This document shows, piece by piece, positions 30,146 to 38,772 of a DNA stretch of 64,000 nucleotides (its first letter is position 1; every line of letters starts with the position of its first letter). Below the pieces are notes generated by a model. It did no database searches and was not told where the DNA came from. It was given only the letters and a program-made list of their open reading frames with translations. The position numbers and the translations under genes are program-made. Source of the DNA: a virus; the IMG/VR virus record IMGVR_UViG_3300035701_000003. The stretch is one strand, 5' to 3'.

Positions 30146-31976
30146 TTTTGTAATAAAATATCTTGAAGATTTAGGTATAAAAGAAGTATTTTTAGTATAT
30201 GGTTCTGCGAACGGGGATTTGGTGGATGCTTTTACTAGGATGAAAAAAATTAAATATGTATCTGTTATGCACGAACAGGCTGGTGGTTTCATGGCGGAAG
30301 GTTATGCTAGGGTCTCAAGAAATTTTGGGGTAGCTATAGCTACCAGCGGGCCAGGTGGTATGAATTTAATTACTCCCGCTGGAAATTGTTACTACGATTC
30401 TATACCTTGTCTTTTTATTACAGGACAAATAAGCACTCAATATTTAAGACCTTCCGATGAAGTGAGGCAAGTTGGATTTCAAGAATCAGATATGGTTGGA
30501 ATGATGAAGCCAGTAACTAAGTATTCTGTTATGGTTACCGAACCGAGATATATTAAATATGAACTTCAAAAAGCTTTACATTTAATGAGAGACGGAAGAC
30601 CTGGTCCAGTTCATTTAGACTTACCTCTTGATGTTCAAAAAGCGGAAATTGGCGAGTATAAATTAGTACCTTACCATATTCCTGAATTACATTCCGAAGG
30701 GCCTAAAGAATATATTGATAAGTTATATGAGTTGGCTAGTGATTTGGAACATGCTAAGAGACCAGTTTTATTAATAGGAGGAGGTTTTAGAAAAGACTCA
30801 AAACCTTTATTAGATTTGGGAAGATTATTAAAAATACCCTTAATCCCCACTTGGAATGCTTTGGACGTAGTAACTAATGATTATGAATATTACGGAGGAA
30901 ATGTTGGTACTTATGGAGGTAAGGGTAGAAATTTTGCTATACAAAATTGTGATTTACTAGTAGCGTTTGGTAGTAGAATTTCTGGAAGGATTACTGGAGG
31001 TAACCCTGCTTCCTTTGTAAGAGGGGCTAAGAAATGGACTATTGATATTGATTCTAATTTAACACAACCCCGGTTACAGCAGTTACCCTTTGATTACTAT
31101 ATAAATAACGACGCTTTTAGCAGCGCTTCTGATTTATTATCTATATTTAAGTCTGGTGGTAAACTTGTTGTTATTCCCGATTACTCCGAGTGGTGGAATA
31201 AGGTTAAAGAATGGAGAGATAAATATGATCCTGTAAAAGAAGAATACTATAAAAAAGATTATCCTATTAATCCTTACGTATTTGCAAGACTATTATCCAA
31301 AATACTTCCAAGTAACTCTATTATAGTTACTGATTGTGGAGGAAATGTGGTAGTGATGAATCAGGCTTTTGAAGTAAAACAAGGACAGAGATTTTTTAGT
31401 AATAATGGTAATTCTCCTATGGGTTTCTCTTTTTCGGGGGCTATAGGAGCCTGGTTTGCCTCTGATAAGAAACAACCCGTTATTTGTGTTATAGGAGATG
31501 GGGGTATGAATATGAATATTCAAGAATTACAGACTATAAAAACATATGGTGTAAATATAAAAGTCTTTATAATGAACAACCATATATATGGGATTACTAA
31601 AGCCTTTCAAGAAACAAATTTTCAAGGAAGAGCTGAAGCCTGCGGTCCTAAAGGTTACAACCCACCCGACTTTATTAAAATAGCCGAAGCTTATGGTATA
31701 AACTCTGTACGTATAAATAGTTCTAAGGAAATGGTTTCAAGAATACAGTTAGAAGTATTGGAAAAACCTCATACTGTTATTTGTGATATTGATTGCCATG
31801 AGTGGCATACTTACGAGCCCCGCGTAATCGGTTGGAACACGCCCATCGAAGACATGTATCCTTATTTAAAAAGAGAAGAATTTCTATCTAATATGATTAT
31901 TCCTCCCTTTGAAGGGTATGACTATAAAAATCCAAAGATGCCTGATATTATTCAGACTAATCAGGAGCAACCATGA
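30132..31976 (+). CDS. Thiamine-diphosphate enzyme, acetolactate synthase/YerE-like
   Basis: HEQAGGFMAEGY, TSGPGGMN, GQIST...RQVGFQE, GRPGPVHLDLP, GDGGMNMNIQELQT...NN. Confidence 0.85.
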   Translation: MKVADFVIKYLEDLGIKEVFLVYGSANGDLVDAFTRMKKIKYVSVMHEQAGGFMAEGYARVSRNFGVAIATSGPGGMNLITPAGNCYYDSIPCLFITGQISTQYLRPSDEVRQVGFQESDMVGMMKPVTKYSVMVTEPRYIKYELQKALHLMRDGRPGPVHLDLPLDVQKAEIGEYKLVPYHIPELHSEGPKEYIDKLYELASDLEHAKRPVLLIGGGFRKDSKPLLDLGRLLKIPLIPTWNALDVVTNDYEYYGGNVGTYGGKGRNFAIQNCDLLVAFGSRISGRITGGNPASFVRGAKKWTIDIDSNLTQPRLQQLPFDYYINNDAFSSASDLLSIFKSGGKLVVIPDYSEWWNKVKEWRDKYDPVKEEYYKKDYPINPYVFARLLSKILPSNSIIVTDCGGNVVVMNQAFEVKQGQRFFSNNGNSPMGFSFSGAIGAWFASDKKQPVICVIGDGGMNMNIQELQTIKTYGVNIKVFIMNNHIYGITKAFQETNFQGRAEACGPKGYNPPDFIKIAEAYGINSVRINSSKEMVSRIQLEVLEKPHTVICDIDCHEWHTYEPRVIGWNTPIEDMYPYLKREEFLSNMIIPPFEGYDYKNPKMPDIIQTNQEQP

Positions 31977-33145
31977 AATATAAACTAGCTCAAAATACTA
32001 TTCCTAAAGAGGATATAGATAAACTTATAGAGTGGTTAAAAACTTATCCTCCTCTTACTATGGCTGCGGGTACCTTAACTAAACAATTTGAAGAAGAATG
32101 GAGTAAAACTATAGGTGTTAGATACTCTGTTTTTTGTAATTCGGGTTCCTCTGCTAATCTACTTGCTTATAGTGCTATTATTAATACTTCGTCGCCATCT
32201 TTTTATAAAAAGCATGTTGTTTTGTGCTCTGCCGGCTGGTCTACTACTTTATCCCCTCTTTTGGAAAGGCAAATTCCATGCGTGTTATGTGATGCTGATA
32301 GAGATACTTTTGGGATTGATATGAAATCTCTAAAGTATCTTTTGGATACTATGGATATTTCTTTAGTAGTATTAGTTCATACTCTGGGAGTCCCGAATAG
32401 GATGAATGAGATTTTAGGACTTAAGGAACTATATGGATTTCTTTTAATGGAGGATAGCTGCCCAGCAGTGGGTTCTAAGTATAATGACCAATATACGGGA
32501 ACTTTTGGGGATATTAGTACTTTTTCTTTTTACTACGGGCATCAACTTTCTACTATAGAAGGGGGTATGGTTTGTACTAACGACGAATCTTTATATCACG
32601 CTCTTTTAACCTTAAGAAGTCATGGTTGGGGAAAGAATTTACCTTTAAATATAAGGCACGAAGCTGAATTACAAAATAGAATAGATGAACACCATTCTGA
32701 TTTTACTTTTTATTCTGATGGTTACAATCTCCGCCCTACAGAAATAAACGCTTTTTTAGGTTTAGAACAGATAAAGAGGTTGCCATATATTACGAATGTT
32801 CGTAACTTTAATTTTCAGCATTATAGAAATCTATTAAAGAATAAATTTATAGTTCAAAATCCTCCTATGCACTCTACTGTTTCTTGTATAACTTTTCCTT
32901 TTATAACTAATGGCGCCGCGGAGGCTAGAAAAGTTTTTGAAGTATTAAAGAAAGAGGAAATAGAGACACGTCCTATTTCTGGTGGGAGTTTAGGATTACA
33001 ACCTTTTTGGTTTGCTTATAATGGTGATTATAGTAGTTTTTCTTTTGCGGACAAATTACATAAATTTGGCTTTGTATTACCGTGTCACCCCGAAATGAGA
33101 CTAGAGGATATAGATTATATTTGCGATTTGTTGTTGAATATATAA
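31973..33145 (+). CDS. PMP-dependent NDP-4-keto-6-deoxysugar 3-dehydratase (ColD-like, DegT fold)
   Basis: NSGSSANLL; SFYYGHQLSTIEGG has His where aminotransferases have Lys; LRSHGW; no Cys-rich Fe-S motif as in E1/DdhC. Confidence 0.75.
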   Translation: MKYKLAQNTIPKEDIDKLIEWLKTYPPLTMAAGTLTKQFEEEWSKTIGVRYSVFCNSGSSANLLAYSAIINTSSPSFYKKHVVLCSAGWSTTLSPLLERQIPCVLCDADRDTFGIDMKSLKYLLDTMDISLVVLVHTLGVPNRMNEILGLKELYGFLLMEDSCPAVGSKYNDQYTGTFGDISTFSFYYGHQLSTIEGGMVCTNDESLYHALLTLRSHGWGKNLPLNIRHEAELQNRIDEHHSDFTFYSDGYNLRPTEINAFLGLEQIKRLPYITNVRNFNFQHYRNLLKNKFIVQNPPMHSTVSCITFPFITNGAAEARKVFEVLKKEEIETRPISGGSLGLQPFWFAYNGDYSSFSFADKLHKFGFVLPCHPEMRLEDIDYICDLLLNI

Positions 33146-33157
33146 AAGGTATTAAGT

Positions 33158-33655
33158 ATGTTACAAGAAGCTATGGTGTCTAGTAAGACTGTGGAACACA
33201 TAACCCCCCAATTTTTCTTTAATCGTTTAGACAAAGAATTTCATTTTACCTTAGACCCCAGCGCTACTCATATTAATCATAAATGTGAAAAGTATTTTAC
33301 TATAAAAGAAAATGGTTTATTACAGGATTGGAGTAAAGATATTGTATTTATGAACCCCCCCTACGGAGGACATACTGGAGATTGGATTAAAAAAGCTTAT
33401 GAAGAAAGCCTTAAAGGAGCCGTAGTAGTGTGTTTAATAGCTGTAGGGACTAATAGGAGTTATTGGCACGATTATATTTTTCCATATGCTTCTCAAATAA
33501 GATGGTTAAGAGGTACTTTGAAATTTAGTGATATGAAGTCTACCGCTCCTTTTGCTTGTGTCGTAGTAGTTTTTAATAAGAGACTTTCTATCAATTATCA
33601 TTTTCAACATGTTTGGAATGTTTCTTCTAAGGATAAAAAAAGAAAGAGGAAATAG
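33158..33655 (+). CDS. dam: Phage-type DNA N6-adenine methyltransferase
   Basis: FTLDP...YFT..ENGLLQDW...FMNPPY...WIKKAY...SYWHDYI. Confidence 0.85.
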   Translation: MLQEAMVSSKTVEHITPQFFFNRLDKEFHFTLDPSATHINHKCEKYFTIKENGLLQDWSKDIVFMNPPYGGHTGDWIKKAYEESLKGAVVVCLIAVGTNRSYWHDYIFPYASQIRWLRGTLKFSDMKSTAPFACVVVVFNKRLSINYHFQHVWNVSSKDKKRKRK

Positions 33656-33762
33656 AGACACGTCCTATTTCTGGTGGGAGTTTAGGATTACAACCTTTTT
33701 GGTCTGCTTATAATGGTGATTATAGTAGTTTTTCTGAGGCTAAAAAAGTTTTTGAAGTATTA
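33639..33762 (+). repeat. Circularly permuted copy of 32921-33043 (internal part of the ColD-like gene)
   Basis: 33639-33735 matches 32947-33043 (97 nt, 1 mismatch); 33736-33762 matches 32921-32947 (27 nt, 1 mismatch). Confidence 0.9.
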
Positions 33763-33765
33763 GAT

Positions 33766-34194
33766 ATGAGACAATATAATTATACATTTGCAGAATTATT
33801 AGATAGAATAGGAATAGTCCAAATGAAAGCTATCTTTATTCAAGAATATAAAGATAGTTATGATGAAGAAATAAAAGCTATTAAACATGATTTAGATCTT
33901 TTAATAAAAGAAAAGAATATAACTATAACCAGTACTTTATTACATGCTATAGAAGTACTTATGTTAAGTAATAGATATATTTGGGAAAATGAAACTAAGG
34001 TTAGGAGTTTAGGAAATAATTTTCAACAAGAGAATTTGTTAAGATTAACCCATTCTATTAACGGTGTTAGAAATAACGCTAAAAATATTATAAGTAAAGA
34101 AATAGGGGAGAGAGTTGATTTAAAGATAGACTGTCTCGCCTCGGATCTTATTAAAGAGTTTGGTAACTGGAATATTAACTATGAAATACAGTAG
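33766..34194 (+). CDS. Helical hypothetical protein resembling DUF6165-type proteins of glycosylation loci
   Basis: TFAELLDRIGIV...NRYIWENE...NGVRNNAKNIIS pattern; the family call is from memory only. Confidence 0.4.
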   Translation: MRQYNYTFAELLDRIGIVQMKAIFIQEYKDSYDEEIKAIKHDLDLLIKEKNITITSTLLHAIEVLMLSNRYIWENETKVRSLGNNFQQENLLRLTHSINGVRNNAKNIISKEIGERVDLKIDCLASDLIKEFGNWNINYEIQ

Positions 34195-34864
34195 TGCTTT
34201 TGTGTATTACGCTAAGAGATTGGCAGAAGAACGTTATCAGCCTTTAACTTTAGAGAAGGAGAGAGAATTACTGCATCAATATTCTGCAGGGCACGAAGAA
34301 GCTTTTAATAAGATAGTAAACGCTTATTTAAGATTCGTTATTTTTCTTTTAAGAGAATTCAAAATACCAGATGATGTTGATATTATGGATATAATACAAG
34401 AAGGTAATTTAGGTCTTATGCACGGTTTAACCAAATTTAATCCAGAATTATACGATTGTAGGGTTTCTACTTATTGCGCCCACTGGATACGTTTTTTTCT
34501 GAATAAATCTTTATTTAGTTATTCAAAAGCACGTAACTTTTTTACTCCAATTCTTGAAGAGGAATACTTACAAGGATACGTAATAGAGAAAGATTCCTAT
34601 AAAGATAAAGCGAATACCGATATTGTGGAATATGCTCTTTCCAAGTTGAATAAAAGAGAACGCTTAGTTGTTAGTTTGTATTTCGGGCTTCGTCCCCCTT
34701 ATATGTCTAAAACCCTTCTAGAAATAGCCTCTATGTTACATATTAACTTCGAACGAGTAAGACAACTTAAGGACTTAGCTTTAGAAAAAATGAAACCCTA
34801 TGTAGATAACCCTCCTATTATAAATCAAATAAGAAAGGAATGTTACAATTACTATGAAGAATAA
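34181..34864 (+). CDS. Sigma-70-family RNA polymerase sigma factor
   Basis: Region 1.2 LTLEKERELL; region 2 DIIQEGNLGL...KFNP...STYCAHWIR; region 4 TLLEIA...ERVRQL. Confidence 0.9.
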   Translation: MKYSSAFVYYAKRLAEERYQPLTLEKERELLHQYSAGHEEAFNKIVNAYLRFVIFLLREFKIPDDVDIMDIIQEGNLGLMHGLTKFNPELYDCRVSTYCAHWIRFFLNKSLFSYSKARNFFTPILEEEYLQGYVIEKDSYKDKANTDIVEYALSKLNKRERLVVSLYFGLRPPYMSKTLLEIASMLHINFERVRQLKDLALEKMKPYVDNPPIINQIRKECYNYYEE

Positions 34865-37283
34865 AACTATTGGGTATCTCAGCGATACCGCCGTTCGAAT
34901 AGCAACCGACCGTTATTTTACAGAAGAAGAAAAACGATTATTACCCGATATAGCGTTCGTGCATGCTTGTGATAGAATAGCTAAGGCTGTTTCCCTTGCT
35001 GAAAAGGAAGAATTGCAAAATCAATGGCGACAAGAATTTTATAAAGTAATAGTTAATAAAAAACTTGTACCAGCTGGTAGATTTTGGGCAAATGCTGGGC
35101 AAACTAACCAACAATTTCCAAACTGTTTTGTGTTTCCGATTAAAGATACTAAAGTAAATCATAAGGATGGCATATTCGATACACTCGCTACAGCCGTAGT
35201 TACAGCAAGTGGTGGCGGGGGCACCGGTTTCGATTTTTCTAGACTGCGTAGTAGAGGTATAAAAACTACTAAGAGTAGGGGGGTGGCTTCCGGACCTATT
35301 TCTTTTATTAAATCATATGACGCTGTAATGGAGAACATACAGCAGGGGGGCAGCAGACGCGCTGCTAATATGGGGGTTTTGAGGGTTGATCACCCTGACA
35401 TACTTGAATTTATATTTTTGAAGGATCGTAGTCAGAAGTATAGACGTTTTAATGTATCAGTTGCTATGACCGATAAATTTATGAAACAGTTAGGAGAAAG
35501 TCCTGATGATCCATGGGTAGTAATAGATCCTCATACAAAACAGCAATATTATATTTTTATGCCTCTCGACGCCGAACTTATTGATAATAGCCGCCTCGAA
35601 GAAGCTTATCCAGTTCATGATTATTTAAAGACTAATTATTTAAGGAGAGAATTACACGATTCTATAAAATCACCTATAGAAGGCGTTTATATAACTCCGC
35701 GAGATATCTGGTATGCTATTATATTAAATGCGTGGGAATGCGGCGATCCAGGTTTATTTTTTATTGATACTGCCAACAGAGCAAATCCTTTAATAGATCA
35801 TTATCAAGATTATAATTCTGAATATTACATACATGCTACAAATCCTTGTGGTGAAATTCCAATGGAAGATAATTCTATTTGTATGTTATCTGCTATTAAT
35901 CTTGCAACCTTTGTAATAGATAAGGGAGAAGAATCTATTATCGACTTTAAAGAACTTAAAAGAGTTACTTCTATAGGAGTTAGATTTCTTGATGATGCTT
36001 TAGATGTATCTGATTATCCTACGGATGATAATAAAAAGAAAGCGCTGTATACTCGAAGAATAGGATTAGGTTTAATGGGCTGGGCCGATTTGCTTATAAA
36101 AATGAAAATAATATATGGCAGCCTAGAAAGTATAGAATTAGCTAGAACTATTATGAAAACTATTAATACTACCGCTCTAGAAACAAGTATCTCTTTAGGA
36201 GCTGAGAAGGGAAACTTTCCACTTTTTACTGTTAGTAAGTATAACGTAGATCGTACGCAACTTACTAAAGATAATACTTTCCCTTTAGTAAAAACTTTAA
36301 GAAATTCTTACCGAACTACAATCGCCCCAACTGGAACTTCCTCTTTACTAGTTGGGGTTAACGAGAGTTTAGAACCTGTGTGGCAATTTGTGCATCTACG
36401 CAAGGATGAGACGGGTGAACATACAATCGAGCATTATTTATATACGGAATATGTTGATAACGCCATAGGGGTTATAGGAAGAATGGAAAAACCCCTACCT
36501 CCTTATTTTATAACTACTATGGAAATACCTTATAATCAGCATATAAAAATGCAAGCCGCCTTTCAGGATTATATTGATAATGCTATAAGTAAAACTATAA
36601 ATCTTCCCAAAGAAGCTACTAGAGAAGATGTGGAAGGTGCTTATAAGTTAGCTTATTCTATGGGATGCAAAGGTATTACTTGTTATAGAGATGGTAGTAA
36701 AGAGATACAAGTATTGAACGTAATTACTTCTTCCTTAGCAGAACCAACTTTACTACATTCCGTTACCCGAGAAGAGGGAATACTTTCTGGGTTGACTTGG
36801 AAAGTTAAAACGGGGGAAGGTACTTGTTATATAACGATTAACAAGAATGGTTCTCAACACCCCGTAGAAGTATTTATAAGAGTGGGTAAAGCTGGGTCTA
36901 ATATAAATGCTTATTCTGAAGCGTTGGGGCGTATAGTATCTCTTGCTTTACAGCACAAAGTAGACCCTAATATAATTACTAAACAATTAATTGGTATTTC
37001 TGGGGATAAAGTAATATTTCATAGTATAGGAAGCCATCATAAAGTGTTAAGCGTTCCAGACGCTGTTGGTAAAGTATTAGAAGATTTTCAATCTAAGGTA
37101 AACCTATTGAGTTATACTTTTAATGAAGGAGAAGCTCTTAAAGAAGAAGATAGAACACCAGAAGAAGATTCCGCTATCGATCTCAAGGGTACAGATATTG
37201 TGTTATGTAACGAGTGCCTTCAGCCGATAAAAGAAGTGAGGGGTTGTCGAACTTGCGGTTGTGGTAGTACTTGCGACGAATAA
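34854..37283 (+). CDS. nrdJ: Class II (adenosylcobalamin) ribonucleotide reductase with a TSCPD domain
   Basis: PNCFV, GGGTGFDFSRLR, QGGSRRAANM, TNPCGEIP...CMLSAINL, TIAPTGT, SKTINLP, KGITCYRDGS. Confidence 0.95.
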   Translation: MKNKTIGYLSDTAVRIATDRYFTEEEKRLLPDIAFVHACDRIAKAVSLAEKEELQNQWRQEFYKVIVNKKLVPAGRFWANAGQTNQQFPNCFVFPIKDTKVNHKDGIFDTLATAVVTASGGGGTGFDFSRLRSRGIKTTKSRGVASGPISFIKSYDAVMENIQQGGSRRAANMGVLRVDHPDILEFIFLKDRSQKYRRFNVSVAMTDKFMKQLGESPDDPWVVIDPHTKQQYYIFMPLDAELIDNSRLEEAYPVHDYLKTNYLRRELHDSIKSPIEGVYITPRDIWYAIILNAWECGDPGLFFIDTANRANPLIDHYQDYNSEYYIHATNPCGEIPMEDNSICMLSAINLATFVIDKGEESIIDFKELKRVTSIGVRFLDDALDVSDYPTDDNKKKALYTRRIGLGLMGWADLLIKMKIIYGSLESIELARTIMKTINTTALETSISLGAEKGNFPLFTVSKYNVDRTQLTKDNTFPLVKTLRNSYRTTIAPTGTSSLLVGVNESLEPVWQFVHLRKDETGEHTIEHYLYTEYVDNAIGVIGRMEKPLPPYFITTMEIPYNQHIKMQAAFQDYIDNAISKTINLPKEATREDVEGAYKLAYSMGCKGITCYRDGSKEIQVLNVITSSLAEPTLLHSVTREEGILSGLTWKVKTGEGTCYITINKNGSQHPVEVFIRVGKAGSNINAYSEALGRIVSLALQHKVDPNIITKQLIGISGDKVIFHSIGSHHKVLSVPDAVGKVLEDFQSKVNLLSYTFNEGEALKEEDRTPEEDSAIDLKGTDIVLCNECLQPIKEVRGCRTCGCGSTCDE

Positions 37284-37315
37284 TTTTTTTTTATACTTAA
37301 AGAAGAGATATTAAT

Positions 37316-38011
37316 ATGGTGCAATCAGTTATTTCTAACTTGCGTATCCCTATTGTAGTTCCTAAACGTAATAAGGGGAGCTATGAAGTTTTAAGCGATT
37401 GTAATATAAAAGCTACTTTGAATAGTGGTTTTAAAGACCCCGTAGACTTTATTCAGTATATAGTACCTTATATAAAGAACTCTTGTTTTGTGGATACCCC
37501 TTTGAAATTAGGTACTACTATTTACACAAGTGAAAATTTAGAGACCTTACAATTTTCTATGAATTTTTTATATCACTTAGACAGGTCTACTTCTTCCTTT
37601 AAGATATCCTTTTATGAAATGTTATGTTTTTATTCTGTAGAAATCTCCAAAGACCAAACTATATTAGAAATGGGTATAAAACTTCCCATTAGAGTAAAAG
37701 ATATAATCTCTTTACCAGGTTACTTGTATTTTTCTGTGTTGCAACCTAGTTACCATATTTATTTCGAAGATATTTTAGATTTTGTACAAAAACATGCTAG
37801 TATAAGATTTTATCCTCCTATTATTGCGGAAGACAAAGAAAGTTTAAAAGATTTAATTGATTTTGGAAAAAAGATTCCGGATTACTTAAATGCCTTTTCT
37901 AACGCTAAAAACTTTGATAGATTAGGAAAATCCTTAAAACTTCGCATAGACTACTCCGACGTGTATGATACGTATAATGCATCTTATGAAACTGTAGTAA
38001 AGGAAAATTGA
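37316..38011 (+). CDS. Degenerate FolE2 (GTP cyclohydrolase IB, T-fold) paralogue
   Basis: Colinear by eye with the FolE2 at 44929 (ISNLRIPIVV vs VTNVYFPIKV; YHLDR vs YYLDR; YFEDILDFVQKHAS vs WLEDLIGVIEKQAS) but lacks SLCPC, HNQR and ESIH. Confidence 0.6.
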   Translation: MVQSVISNLRIPIVVPKRNKGSYEVLSDCNIKATLNSGFKDPVDFIQYIVPYIKNSCFVDTPLKLGTTIYTSENLETLQFSMNFLYHLDRSTSSFKISFYEMLCFYSVEISKDQTILEMGIKLPIRVKDIISLPGYLYFSVLQPSYHIYFEDILDFVQKHASIRFYPPIIAEDKESLKDLIDFGKKIPDYLNAFSNAKNFDRLGKSLKLRIDYSDVYDTYNASYETVVKEN

Positions 38012-38772
38012 ATATGGAAGACACCTCTAAAATAATAATGGTTAATGAAAGTTACGTGTGTATTCAAGCTGAAGGTAAATATATGGGGGTTCCTCATATT
38101 CTTATAAGGATGAGCGGCTGTGCCTTGAGATGTATGTTTAAAGATTCTATCTGCGATACTTTTTATAGTTCTTTTGTTCCTGAAAAGGGTAAGTATACTT
38201 TACAGAACATTAAAAAAATTTATGAAGATAATCCTGATATACATTATACTATGATTACGGGGGGAGGGCCTACCTTTAACCCTCCGCTTTTATGTACTTT
38301 AGTTGATTTAGCTAAAAGCTATTCTCATTTTGTTACTATAGAGACTGAAGGTTCTACTTTTGTTGCTACTAAAGCTGACTTTATTTCTCTTTCTCCTAAA
38401 TTAAGTAACTCTAGACCTCGAGTAGGTTCTTATAAAACTTTTGATAAGGACGTTATAATTAGTCCCGTTCAAGTACGGCGACACGAAACCTTACGTAAAA
38501 ATTATAGTGCTATGCTTAGAATGATTACTATGCATCCGGATTATCAACTTAAACCTGTAATAAGTAATATTACAAAGGATATGAAGGAGGTAAAAGAATT
38601 GCAAGAGAAATTAGATGTTCCTAATAGTAAAGTTTGGTTAATGCCCGAGGGAATAACTAATGATCAATTACAAATATTGAGACCAGATCTTATAAATTAT
38701 TGTGTTAAGCGTGGTTATAATTATTCAGACCGTTTACAGATAGTAGCCTTTGGGAATAGGAGAGGAGTGTAA
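38008..38772 (+). CDS. queE: 7-carboxy-7-deazaguanine synthase (radical SAM)
   Basis: CIQAEG...LIRMSGCALRC...CDT, ITGGGP, IETEG, SLSPKL, WLMPEG...RLQIV; an alternative ATG start lies at 38014. Confidence 0.9.
   Translation: MNMEDTSKIIMVNESYVCIQAEGKYMGVPHILIRMSGCALRCMFKDSICDTFYSSFVPEKGKYTLQNIKKIYEDNPDIHYTMITGGGPTFNPPLLCTLVDLAKSYSHFVTIETEGSTFVATKADFISLSPKLSNSRPRVGSYKTFDKDVIISPVQVRRHETLRKNYSAMLRMITMHPDYQLKPVISNITKDMKEVKELQEKLDVPNSKVWLMPEGITNDQLQILRPDLINYCVKRGYNYSDRLQIVAFGNRRGV

Noticed and set aside
29195-31976. A pantothenate or branched-chain amino acid AMG module
   Set aside because: No ilvC, ilvD, panE or panC is present, the genes are coupled to sugar enzymes, and the TPP enzyme looks YerE-like. 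Not fully excluded.
31973-33145. Annotation as a perosamine-type aminotransferase
   Set aside because: His occupies the Schiff-base Lys position, as in ColD and E1 dehydratases.
32921-33762. Duplicate pair as a DGR template/variable repeat
   Set aside because: The two mismatches are not both at adenines on one strand, the copy is permuted, and no reverse transcriptase is in the window.
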